Shown in pieces: positions 13,984 to 26,375 of a stretch of 64,000 nt of DNA. The position numbers and the translations under genes are program-made. Under the pieces are notes generated by a model. It did no database searches, was not told the origin of the DNA, and saw nothing but the letters and a program-made list of their open reading frames with translations. Source of the DNA: Eledone cirrhosa (taxonomy: Eukaryota); contig OZ024751.1 in the NCBI GenBank assembly GCA_964016885.1, forward strand, positions 31,620,001 through 31,684,000. Direction: 5' to 3'. The number at the start of each line of letters is the position of its first letter. Position 1 is the stretch's first letter.

Positions 13984-14372
13984 CTAGCAGTAAAGCCCGG
14001 CGTTGCTCGGGGTCGCTCAGTAGCTGTGTTAAAGTTACAATGTTAAGTTTCTTTTTTGGCTTAAAAACTGTCTGCACGACTGTCTGTCTGCACGCCTAAC
14101 GAAATTTACAGATACATATATTTTAAACGTAAGACGCTCAATGTAAACAGAACAAAGGGAAATAACTCGTCACTTACGCTCAAAAATCGATACATTAGAT
14201 TCGATTTCATCACATAGGGTGGGTCAATTTGAAATATTTTTTTTCCGATGTCTTCGCTAGGGCTCAATGTACAAGTATAGCAATTTCGGTGCAATTCCGT
14301 CAGAGATTCTAAGAGGAGATGTGTGCCAAAAATCGATAGACAGACAGACAACCACAGCTTTATATATATAGA
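13984..14372 (-). mobile_element. Helitron family A, internally deleted copy
   Basis: Both termini match 9362-10354; interior deleted. Confidence 0.85.
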
Positions 14373-15367
14373 TATATATATACATACATACACACATACT
14401 CTAGCCAGAAATAGTCCTATATGAGCAAGACACAGTCACCTGACCCAACTTGCCTCCAATGGGACAAACTCATCTAACCCATTCTAGTGTGGAAAATAGA
14501 TGTTAAACGATGATGATGATGATGGTGGTGACATACATACACTATCTATCTCTCCCTTTCTATATATATATATATACCCGAATTTAGTAAGTCAGGTTTG
14601 CATGGTTATAACTAATACCATAACTGTCTTGTGTAATAACAGCTATCTTAATACAGGTGAGAACTTGTTAAGTTATGTTCCAAACATTAGCTTAATTGTT
14701 TTTTTTTTCTTTTGTACAAGGCCAGCAATTATCGCAGTGCATTACTGTTGCTTTATTTTATCGACCCCATAAGGATGAAAGACAAAGTTAACCTCGACGG
14801 GATTTGAACCCAAACCGTAAAGGGCCGTAACTCTATGCTACAACGCATAGCGTCCGGTCCTCTGCTGATACTGCCAATGAAAATTAATTATATTTTTCAA
14901 AATGATTTGAAAATCATAGGCAGTCTTTCATTAGAAATATGGTAAGGAAAGGTTTAGAATGTCAATATATCCAAGTAATTCAAAGAGGATCATCGTACAT
15001 GAGAAACTCAAGAAATGTTAAAATGTATCTAAAGCCAAGGTACGACAAACCAGCTTATAAATAGACAGATAAACAAACATGACAGAACATGCTTGGAAAA
15101 GATAGAAGACAAAAACCTATTGTCATATATCTATCTATATGTAGATATCACAACAAAAAGCATCCAGCCCACACTGGTTCTGTATGAGCAAGATATGGTC
15201 CCCTGACCTAGCATTGCCCATAACCGGACAACTCGTCTAACCCATGTTAGCGTAGAAAAATCAACGTAAAATAATTGTTTCTACCTTTGGCACAAGGCCA
15301 GCAATTACCCAGTGTATTACTTGTACTTTATTTTATCGACCCCGTATGATGATATATAGATACATAT

Positions 15368-15405
<38 letters not shown>

Positions 15406-15622
15406 TTATTAAAATAACAGATTAAAGTTTAAGCAAAGAATTGCTGCTTTCACCCTTAACGATTCTTTGCTTAAACTTTAATTTGTTATTTTAATAAATA
15501 TTTGCTCTACGGTTCTTATATATTTGATATATATTTATCCTTATCGAGCCCTCTTTGGATTTTAGTCTTCAAATTTATTATTTTTACTATATATATATAT
15601 AACGTTGAAAGAGATAGAAGGC

Positions 15623-16170
15623 TGAACAATGCAAAATGGACTGTAAGATGAGGTAACGAAAAGTAAAAGTTACCTGGTAATCTTTGTTTTGTTGTTCATT
15701 TTATCTGTCTAATATTTCGGGACATAAAAGTCCCTTCATCAAGGTTTAAGGAGCTTTCAGTGGATAACGCTCCAATTTCCTCTCTATCGGAATAAATTTT
15801 GATTTTGATTTTGATTTAAATTTTTTCAAAGTCGTTTTCAAGCGTTTTTCGATGGTTACTTCGCTTTCCATGTTAATGACGTCAATTGCCATTATAGTAT
15901 TCGCGAAATCAATTTTCTTTTTTGTATGGGATATTTAGTTTGTGTGCCTGTGGGTGCATCATTAACATGGAAAGCGAACTATCGAAAAACGCTTGAAAAC
16001 GACTTTTTAAAACTTTTAAATCAAAATCAAAATTTTATCGCAAAGAGAGGAAATTGGAACGTTATCCACTGAAGGTTCCTTAAACCTTAACAACAAAACA
16101 AAACAAAGATTACCAGGTAACTTTTACTTTTCGTTACCTCATCTTACAATCCATTTTGCATTGTTTCAAC
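15623..16170. repeat. Long imperfect inverted repeat (fold-back, probably Penelope-derived)
   Basis: Arms ~15623-15881 and ~15957-16170 are reverse complements. Confidence 0.85.
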
Positions 16171-16385
16171 ATTATATATTATTTTGCATTTCTTTCAACA
16201 TTATATATTATTTTGCTTTCAACATTATATATTATTTTGCTTCAAGCACACTATAACATTTTATTATATCGAGGTTAACTTTGCCTTTCATCTTTACGGG
16301 GTCGATAAAATAAAGCACAAGTAATACACTGGGTAATTGCTGGTCTTGTGCCAAATTTAGAAACAATTATATATATATATATATA

Positions 16386-19368
16386 CTAGCAGTAAAGCCC
16401 GGCGTTGCTCGGGGTCGCTCAGTAGCTGTGTTAAAGTTACAATGTTAAGTTTCTTTCTTGGCTTAAAAACTGTAGTGTCTACTGTGCAGACTTGCATGTG
16501 GTGTTTTTGATTAATATTCCCTCAACCAACAATATGCCTTATGAAGTTAAGAAAACATAACGATAACCCGAATGTTATAACAAAAGAGGATGCTGGGGAT
16601 AGAAACTGCACTGGTTATTTATTAACAAAGATCGAAAATGTAAACACTGCAACGCAGAGAAAAACATTAGCGTAACCAAATTATCAGTTATGTCTATCTG
16701 CACGCCTATATCACCTCTCTGCACGACTGTCTGTCTGCACGCCTATATCACCTCTCTGCACGACTGTCTGTCTGCACGCCTATATCACCTCTCTGCACGA
16801 CTGTCTGTCTGCACGCGTATATCACCTCTCTGCACGACTGTCTGTCTGCACGCCTAACGACGAAATATTTGCTTGTTTTACGTAGTCTTTAAATAGACTT
16901 GTTTTCAAGTAAAAATATTGTTTTAAAATGCTTTTAAATGGAAATGAAGCAAAACGGAAGCTTAGTGTTCGAACTGATGAATTTTGCAGGTCAATATTTT
17001 GCTGGCTCGACAACTGTTCGTGTATTGTGTTAATGTCATTTTAAACGCTGAGAAAGCCAGCGTAATTTTTTACGTAAGACGCTCAATGTAAACAGAACAA
17101 AGGGAAATAACTGATAACTTACGCTCAAAAATCGATACATTATATTCGATTTCGTCACATAGGGTGGGTCAATTTGAAATATTTTTTTTCCGATGTCTTC
17201 GCTAGGGCTCAATGTACAAGTATAGCAATTTCGGTGCAATTCCGTCAGAGATTCTAAGAGGAGATGTGTGCCAAAAATCGATAGACAGACAGACAACCAC
17301 AGCTTTATATATATAGACTAGCAGTAAAGCCCGGCGTTGCTCGGGGTCGCTCAGTAGCTGTGTTAAAGTTACAATGTTAAGTTTCTTTATTGGCTTAAAA
17401 ACTGTAGTGTCTACTGTGCAGACTTGCATGTGGTGTTTTTGATTAATATTCCCTCAACCAACAATATGCCTTATGAAGTTAAGAAAACATAACGATAACC
17501 CGAATGTTATAACAAAAGAGGATGCTGGGGATAAAAACTGCACTGGTTATTTATTAACAAAGATCGAAAATGTAAACACTGCAACGCAGAGAAAAACATT
17601 AGCGTAACCAAATTATCAGTTACTAGCAGTAAAACCCGGCGTTGCTCGGGGTCGCTCAGTAGCTGTGTTAAAGTTACAATGTTAAGTTTCTTTCTTGGCT
17701 TAAAAACTGTAGTGTCTACTGTGCAGACTTGCATGTGGTGTTTTTGATTAATATTCCCTCAACCAACAATATGCCTTATGAAATTAAGAAAACATAACGA
17801 TAACCCGAATGTTATAACAAAAGAGGATGCTGGGGATAGAAACTGCACTGGTTATTTATTAACAAAGATCGAAAATGTAAACACTGCAACGCAGAGAAAA
17901 ACATTAGCGTAACCAAATTATCAGTTATGTCTATCTGCACGCCTATATCACTTCTCTGCACGACTGTCTGTCTGCATGCCTATATCACCTCTCTGCACGA
18001 CTGTCTGTCTGCACGCCTATATCACCTCTCTGCACGACTGTCTGTCTGCACGCGTATATCACCTCTCTGCACGACTGTCTGTCTGCACGCCTAACGACGA
18101 AATATTTGCTTGTTTTACGTAGTCTTTAAATAGACTTGTTTCAATTAAAAATATTGTTTTAAAATGCTTTTAAATGGAATTCGTGTATTGTGTTAATGTC
18201 ATTTTAAACGCTGAGAAAGCCAGCGTAATTTTTTACGTAAGACGCTCAATGTAAACAGAACAAAGGGAAATAACTGATAACTTACACTCAAAAATCGATA
18301 CATTATATTCGATTTCGTCACATAGGGTGGGTCAATTTGAAATTATTTTTTTTTCCGATGACTTCGCTAGGGCTCAATGTACAAGTATAGCAATTTCGGT
18401 GCAATTCCGTGAGAGATTCTAAGAGTAGATGTGTGCCAAAAATCGATAGACAGACAGACAACCACAGTTTTATATATATAGATATACTAGCAGTAAAGCC
18501 CGGCGTTGCTCGGGGTCGCTCAGTAGCTGTGTTAAAGTTACAATGTTAAGTTTCTTTTTTGGCTTAAAAACTGTAGTGTCTACTGTGCAGACTTGCATGT
18601 GGTGTTTTTGATTAATATTCCCTCAACCAACAATATGCCTTATGAAGTTAAGAAAACATAACGATAACCCGAATGTTATAACAAAAGAGGATGCTGGGGA
18701 TAAAAACTGCACTGGTTATTTATTAACAAAGATCAAAAATGTAAACACTGCAACGCAGAGAAAAACATTAGCGTAACCAAATTATCAGTTATGTCTGTCT
18801 GCACGCCTATATCACCTCTCTGCACGACTGTCTGTCTGCACGCCTATATCACCTCTCTGCACGCCTATATCACCTCTCTGCACGACTATCTGTCTGCACG
18901 CGTATATCACCTCTCTGCACGACTGTCTGTCTGCACGCCTAACGACGAAATATTTGCTTGTTTTACGTAGTCTTTAAATAGACTTGTTTTCAAGTAAAAA
19001 TATTGTTTTAAAATGCTTTTAAATGGAAATGAAGCAAAACGGAAGCTTAGTGTTCGAACTGATGAATTTTTCAGGTCAATATTTTGCTGGCTCGACAACT
19101 GTTAAAGCCAGCGTAATTTTTTACGTAAGACGCTCAATGTAAACAGAACAAAGGGAAATAACTGATAACTTATGCTCAAAAATCGATACATTATATTCGA
19201 TTTCGTCACATAGGGTGGGTCAATTTGAAATTTTTTTTTTCCGATGTCTTCGCTAGGGATCAATGTACAAGTATAGCAATTTCGGTGCAATTCCGTGAGA
19301 GATTCTAAGAGGAGATGTGTGCCAAAAATCGATAGACAGACAGACAACCACAGTTTTATATATATAGA
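16386..19368 (-). mobile_element. Tandem array of four Helitron family A units (16386-17317, 17318-17622 truncated, 17623-18482, 18487-19368)
   Basis: Repeated ctagcagtaaagcccggcgttgctcgggg ... cacag(t/c)tttatatatataga units in the same orientation. Confidence 0.9.
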
Positions 19369-19470
19369 TAGATAGATATATATATATATATATAGATATA
19401 TATATATATATATATAGAAGATATATAGAAGATAGAAGATACACACACACACACATACATACGGAGGAGG

Positions 19471-19820
19471 AGGATAAGAGATAGAACTTTTTCAATAGTA
19501 AGCTGATATTTAGAACATTTCTTAAATAGAATTATGATGGAAGGATTTAATATTCTAAGTATAAACATTTTTAAAAACGAACAGTTTCGTATCATAAATA
19601 CAGAGTTGTATCAGGCGGTTTCGTGTTTTCAAGGTTTTCTCTTCTTTATCCCATGTGATACCAAACCACACGAAACCGCCTGATACAACCCTGCATTTAT
19701 GATACGAAACTTCGTTTTTTTTTAATGTTTATACTTAGAATATTAAATCCTTCCATCGTAATTCTATTAAAGAAATGTTCTAAATATCAGCTTACCATTG
19801 AAAGCGTTCTTTCTCTTATC
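19471..19820. repeat. Inverted repeat, ~155-bp arms
   Basis: 19471-19626 is the reverse complement of 19668-19820. Confidence 0.88.
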
Positions 19821-20609
19821 AAATTCCTACATTTATCTAAAATATTTAATTCCTCATTTACTTTTTCTACCTGGAAGTAAAAATTTTTGCTAAATGCATC
19901 TGTTGGTGATATTGGTTGAAGCTGCCATAGCAACAAGAACAACGAGAAAACAAAGATTCTGACAGTATGTGTGTAGTGTATACAATATTGTAATGGGTCA
20001 TTTGCGTTTGGTCAAATTTATATTCGATTCCACATAGCCCTTCGTTAATCAAAAAATGGTTTCTGGTTTACGTACGAGACCAACATTTTTTTTTTCTGGG
20101 AAGGGGTCGATTAAACTGACCCCGGTGCGTTACTGGTACATTATTTTATCGACCTCGGCGGGATGGGTGGATGTTGAACGTAGAGGGACATAACTATATG
20201 CCGCAAGGCACGTTGTTCGACGCTCTATCAATTTTACAGCAAATAGATCTCCCTTCATTAATCAATAAAAATACAAAAGATTTATTTTAAAATCTAGCTG
20301 CCTTCAATTTCATTTGAGTAAAATCCATAGCATACGATATATTTCTTACATAAAGCTAATAAGATTTCTGGCTTTACTATAGAGTAAAATATAAATAATA
20401 TAGTGTAGAGGGGGGAGAAAAGAGGTAATAAAATGAAGTGGGAGAGGGCGGGGACACTAAAATACAATGTTTACTCACAACCGCCCCACCGTACATCTGG
20501 GGCTTTCTCAGAAGAATCCACATGACTTTTTTTTTTAAATTAGCTATTTGAAAATGTCTTTGTGTGTGTATGTGTGTGTGTGTGTCGGCATGCGAGGTAA
20601 CTCGATGGA

Positions 20610-20820
20610 CCTCCGTCGGTTTCAAAGATGAACGTACCAATTATTTGATCGACGAAACATGAAATTGACCCTGAGGATTCCACAAACACGTGTACACGTA
20701 ATGTAAATTCTTAGGGAGATTCAGCGTGATAATTGCCCACGACAGCCACCCAGTGAGATCGAACCTTGGACCTAATGATTGCGAAGTTCTCTTCATATCT
20801 TAACCATTCGGCTACGCTGT
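20610..20820 (-). mobile_element. Diverged tRNA-derived SINE
   Basis: Minus strand gtagccgaatggttaag...ggttcgatctc A/B boxes; body similar to 54640-54865. Confidence 0.55.
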
Positions 20821-20879
20821 GTCAACACACGAGATAGCTAGACATGCATGAACATCACAACAAATTTCGTCACCTGAAA

Positions 20880-21110
20880 TATTCGTAAACCGAAACTATT
20901 TTTCCCATACGAAATGTTGAGAGATTGATCAACATAGTAGCTAACTACGCAAGTGGCTCTTTCCACCGATACTCCTAGCTTGTTGCTAACCATTGTTGCC
21001 GGCTGGCGTGTTCGTTACTCGAGACACCATTCGTCAATCGAGAGCTTTTATGTTGGGGGTGGGTGGGGTGATCATGATGAGAGGCGTTCGTAAACCGAGG
21101 TTCCTCCGTA
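20880..21110. mobile_element. Tigger/pogo-like DNA transposon end fragment
   Basis: Repeated ttcgtaaaccga subterminal motif ending gttcgtaaaccgaggttcctccgTA. Confidence 0.55.
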
Positions 21111-22539
21111 TATATTTTACCTTATATAGACACATACACACGCACGTGTATACAACGTATATCCCCTTCCCTCCTTCAAATTAACTTTACAGTCTTATCT
21201 ATAAATCCATTGAAGTGCATAATTTAACTTTGTGTTTTTGTTTTGCTTTGCTTTCCCACCACCACAAGAAAAACATCTAGCATGCGACAAGAACTGGGTG
21301 AGTTGATGTTAAGTGAATATTACCCACCTACCCAGACATCTAGTGTTTTGCGCTCTACCTTCAAGATATACCTGCAATTTGAGAAGCTGGCAGCTACAGA
21401 CCATGAAGAAATGGTTTTTAAAAAAAGCAAAATAACCCCCCCCCCCACACACACACACACAAAACAGCCGGTTGAGAGATAAGTTAAGCAAGGGAAAGTA
21501 AGACTTATGTGTCTGTGTTGTGTGTGGGAGGGCGTACAGAGATATATGGTTTGAATCCCACTAGACACAGCCAAGTTTTGCTGTTGAGTTTCAATGTTTA
21601 CATTTTATGTGTGTGTGTGTGAAGACTAAAATCCGAAGAGGGCTCGATAAGGATTATATATACAAAAACCCATAGAGCAAATATTTATAAGAACAGATTA
21701 AAGTTTAAGCAAAGAATCGCTGCTTTCACCCTTGACGGGATGCGGTTAAGGGTGAAAGCAGCGATTCGTTGCTTAAACTTCAATCTGTTCTTTATATATA
21801 TAAAAATTTAGGACGCTCAAGCATCCAATAGCTTATAAAAATCGGGTAAAGACCCTTACAGACGGAAAAAGATGTCAGCTGTCACTACGAGGAATCGAAT
21901 TTTGTATCTCTTTGCATTTTCAAAAGCTGTTTGATTCAGTTCCTTAATTTAGACGTTAGGATGTTGTCATGTGTCCCTTAATTCTATAATCAGAGCACTC
22001 AACCGATTTCTCGTAGCGGCCACTGAAACATGTTTTCTTGTCTCTAAGGGTCTTACCCGATTTTTATAAGCTATTTCATAGCAACTGTAATTGCAGCTAT
22101 TTTCTGCGCGTGAGCACCCTACATCTTATAAATTTATTTCCTCAGTACTTCTTAAGTTCCAATTCCACACAAGATGTTTGTACACACATATCGGTGAAGA
22201 CATTAGTCGGGGGTTGCTTAAAGGCCGTTTCCTTAACGATGAGACAACCTTTAGGCACACAGGCAAGATATATGCCACGAAACTTGTAAGCCTAGGATTG
22301 AGTGTATGTATTGATTTTAAAGAGTTGGATTTACAATCGTGAAGATGTGAGTTCGATTTCTGGACAAGGCAATGCGTTGTTTTCTTGAGCAACATACTTT
22401 ATTTCACGTTGCTCCAGTTCATTCAACTGTAGAAATTAGTTGTGGCGTCACTGATATCAAGCTGTATCGCCTTTTGCCTTTCTCTTGGACATCACATATA
22501 GTGTATATACAATATATATATATATTTATATATATATTT

Positions 22540-23115
22540 ATTAAAATAACAGATTAAAGTTTAAGCAAAGAATCGCTGCTTTCACCCTTAACGGGATCTT
22601 CTGAAACTAAAAAAAAATCAATCTGTGAACGCAGAAGTAAATATTTCGAAAAACGTTGCAACCGAAGGAAGACAGGAAGACAATACTTTGGTTCGTGGAA
22701 ACGTTCCCTGGCAAAGAACGGAAAAAAAGCGAAGATAATACTTCATTATTTGGAGTGGAGAAAGGCAAAGTTAATCCCGCCGAGGTTAACTTTGCCTTTC
22801 ATCCTTCCGGGGTCGATAGAATAAAGTACCAGTAATGCATTGAGTAATTGCTGGCCTTGTGCCAAAAGTAGAAATAATTATTTGGAGTGGAGAAAACAAT
22901 TACACGCAAAGACAAAACCACGTTTATGGTATAAATGAAGTCGTAGACTAATATTCTATTAGGTGGTTCGTGGAGACGTTCTCTGGCAATGAACGGAAAA
23001 AACGAAGATAATACGTCATGGTGTAGAGCGATGAGAACAATTACACGCAAAGATATATATTTATCCTTATCGAGCCCACTTTGGATTTTAGTCTTCAAAT
23101 TTATTATTATTACTA
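22540..23115. mobile_element. Dispersed repeat family (putative Penelope-like), interrupted by a SINE A fragment
   Basis: aacagattaaagtttaagcaaagaatcgctgctttcacccttaacggga recurs at ~8905, 15415, 21690, 22548 and 24380, beside AT/TA-rich sequence and often partly inverted. Confidence 0.55.
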
Positions 23116-23317
23116 TATATAATATAGTTATGTAACAAACAACATAAGATAATTATTTCATTTACGAATGGTTTCTTGAAGACAGACAAACCATTGGTAA
23201 ATGAAATAATTATCTTATGTTGTTTATTACATAACTAAAAACCTCTGTAGCCTACATACAGCACTCTCTTTTCCTTTACCTTTCCTACAGAAATAATTCA
23301 TTCATTTATATATATAT

Positions 23318-23364
<47 letters not shown>

Positions 23365-23477
23365 ATAGATATAGTGTGTATATATAGTTGCAATGTCACT
23401 GGTGCCAAACTGTATCGGCTTTTGCCTTTCCTTTGGACATCACACACACGTGTATGTGTGTGTGTATGCATACATAC

Positions 23478-23553
<76 letters not shown>

Positions 23554-25124
23554 TAAATATACTGTATATACAGTGTGTATACAGTTGCAATGTCACTGGT
23601 GCCAAACTGTATCGGCTTTTGCTTTTCCTTGGACGACATCGGTGGCGGGGAGAGGGAGACTGGTATGTATAGACAACTGCAGGTCTTCCAGAAAAGCACT
23701 TTGCCCAGGCTTGTGCCTCATCACTGATACTTTATATCGACCCCAATGAAAGCTAACCTCGGCGGAATTTAAACGTAAAGAGCAGGAACAAATGCCACAA
23801 CGCATGTTATCCAATGCTCTAAATATTCTGCCTAATACTACTACTACTACCACACGAGATATACACATTGTGTCCTCCAATGCCCCACCCCACCAAAACA
23901 CCCCTTCTAAACACAAAATCAACCCGCAAAAGCTGTAGCTCTTTATAATAAACCCCCTGCCAATCCATGTTTTGTTACAAATCAAGGTAATAAGGGCACC
24001 CCCTCCCCATCTCTCTCCTCGCTAAAAATAATTTTATTTCAATATTCTTTTTCCGTTGTCGACAGACAATTATATTTTCAGAGAAAAATTATTCTATCGT
24101 CAAGAAGAGAAATAAATACAGTGGCGGTGATGGAGTGTTAAAGAAATGGGTTGAATGTAATAAAGGTGTTGAAATGAGATAAGAGAAAACATATTGACTT
24201 AATCATGAACAGTGAAAATAAAAGCTATTCTTAGATCTAAATAGAAATGAAACGGTGAATAGTTTGTTGGTGGAAATGGTTGAAGGTGATAGGAGGATAA
24301 ACAGGCGAAACACCACAGTAACAAAACTCACATACGGATATATATACACACACACATACATACATTACATATTATAAGAACAGATTAAAGTTTTAAGCAA
24401 AGAATCACTGCTTTCATTCTTAACGGGATTATATATATATATATATAATCCTTATCGAGCTCTCTTCGGATTCTAGTCTTCACATTTATTATTACTATAT
24501 ATATATATATATATATACATATATATACATACACACGCACACATATATATTTATATAAACACAGAGATAGGTATCGATATGCAGCGACTGTTGGGCAATT
24601 TAAACCAGACAGGGCTCAACTCCTCTCCGGGTCTGAATACAGCAGATCTCTTCCAGAGAAGGAGAGAGAGGAGGAATTGATCGACCCTAGTACAGAACGG
24701 GTACTTTGTTTATCGACCTCGAAAGGTGAAAGGCAGAATTTGAACTCACAGAGTGCCGGAACAAATGTCCACACACACAAACAAACAAAAAAACTTTCTA
24801 TATGATGTTCTAACGACTTTGCGGGGTGAGATAGTTATGAGGAGAATATAAAATAAACTTTGGACACTTCTGGAAGAGACTATTCACCTGAGAATGGCAT
24901 GATGCAGTGGAATGAAGAAAATAGAAATATATAAACCAGAAAAAACGCAAAAGAGAAGGGTTTTAAATGAGTAGAAATAGAAATGATGAAAACAACGAAG
25001 TGCATAAGAGGGGGGGGGGGGATACGAAAAGATAAAAAATAGAGAGAAATTCAGACACTTTGTTTTCGCTTGTTTTGCAAGTTTTTTGACAGCATGACTC
25101 TCCGAAAGTATGACATACATACAT

Positions 25125-25173
<49 letters not shown>

Positions 25174-26375
25174 GGGGTGGGAGTTATACGGATCACTAAT
25201 CCGACAGCTTCGTTAACACACACAAAATAAGCTAGTAGAGAATATACATATCTGTTTTTATATAGACATGACTACTAAAGGACTAGAACTGTTTCATTAG
25301 TTTGAAATCAGGAATGTGTGTGTATGTGTATGAAAATAAAGATGAGATAAGAAGAGAGATGGGGGGGGGGGGGGGGGGGGCAACAACTTTAAAACAATAA
25401 AAAAAAAAGATAAGGAGATAAGGAAAGAACATGTGAGAAGAAAATAATAAAGACATCGTGAAGTAGTGAGAAAGATGAAGAAGAGAAGCAAAGCAGCTGC
25501 AATGAAGACAATATTAGATTTTGGAAACGCCATCCACATCACCTGCAGGCTGCATGTAAACAACAAGAAATATACAATTGTGAAGAGAATGCCCGCCATT
25601 CAGAGTTGAATGTTTTGTGTATCGTCAGCAGCAGACAAACAGCTCAGTGGATCTATGGTGTGTGTATGTATGTGTGGTGTGTATGTGTTCCCGCCATCTC
25701 TCTCTTTCTCTCTTCACTGTCCACCACACTTCCTCCAAGCCAATTGATTGAACATGCTCCCGCCAAATTTCTATTTCTCTCCTTACACAGAGAACCGAAA
25801 CAGCTGGCATGACAAAAGGGAAGATACACACATACACACATACATACATACATACATACATACATACATACACACATACATACATACATACATACACTAG
25901 AAAGAACTACGTAATAGAAATAAATGAATAAATAACCAGAGTTTTTGTAGGCAAATACTTGTTCCTTGGATTCATTTGTGTGACAATCCTGGCAATAATT
26001 CCCAAGTTTCCTTAGATTAATTTAAGTTATTAATTTGGAATGTATGCATATATGGTCCCGTAACTCCCGAGGGAGTCGTTGGTGCGCCATATTGACATAC
26101 GGTGTATCTTAGGCATTTGAAAAAAAACCCAGGCGGAGCCCATCTCTCTAGATCTGAATATAACAGACTTCTTCCAGAGAAGGATAGAGAGAGTAAGAGA
26201 GAATGGAAGTGAGAAAGAGATATATATCAAAATATGGTTACATAAATGTTGAATTCTTGAACCCATAATGGCTACATAACTGGTGTATTCTCTGTTGGGT
26301 TCTGGGACCCAACTGTTGAATTCTAAACTGTTGCCTTCCTTTTACACACACATGCACATTGCGTGATGGACGGGT

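Noticed and set aside
20295-20316. tagctgcctt resembling the miR-22/745/980 family 5' end
   Set aside because: Only about 10 nt match and no precursor hairpin is evident.
25297-25599. 100-aa hydrophobic ORF as a membrane protein
   Set aside because: Its hydrophobicity follows from T-rich low-complexity sequence and homopolymer runs; kept only as part of the promoter-like finding.
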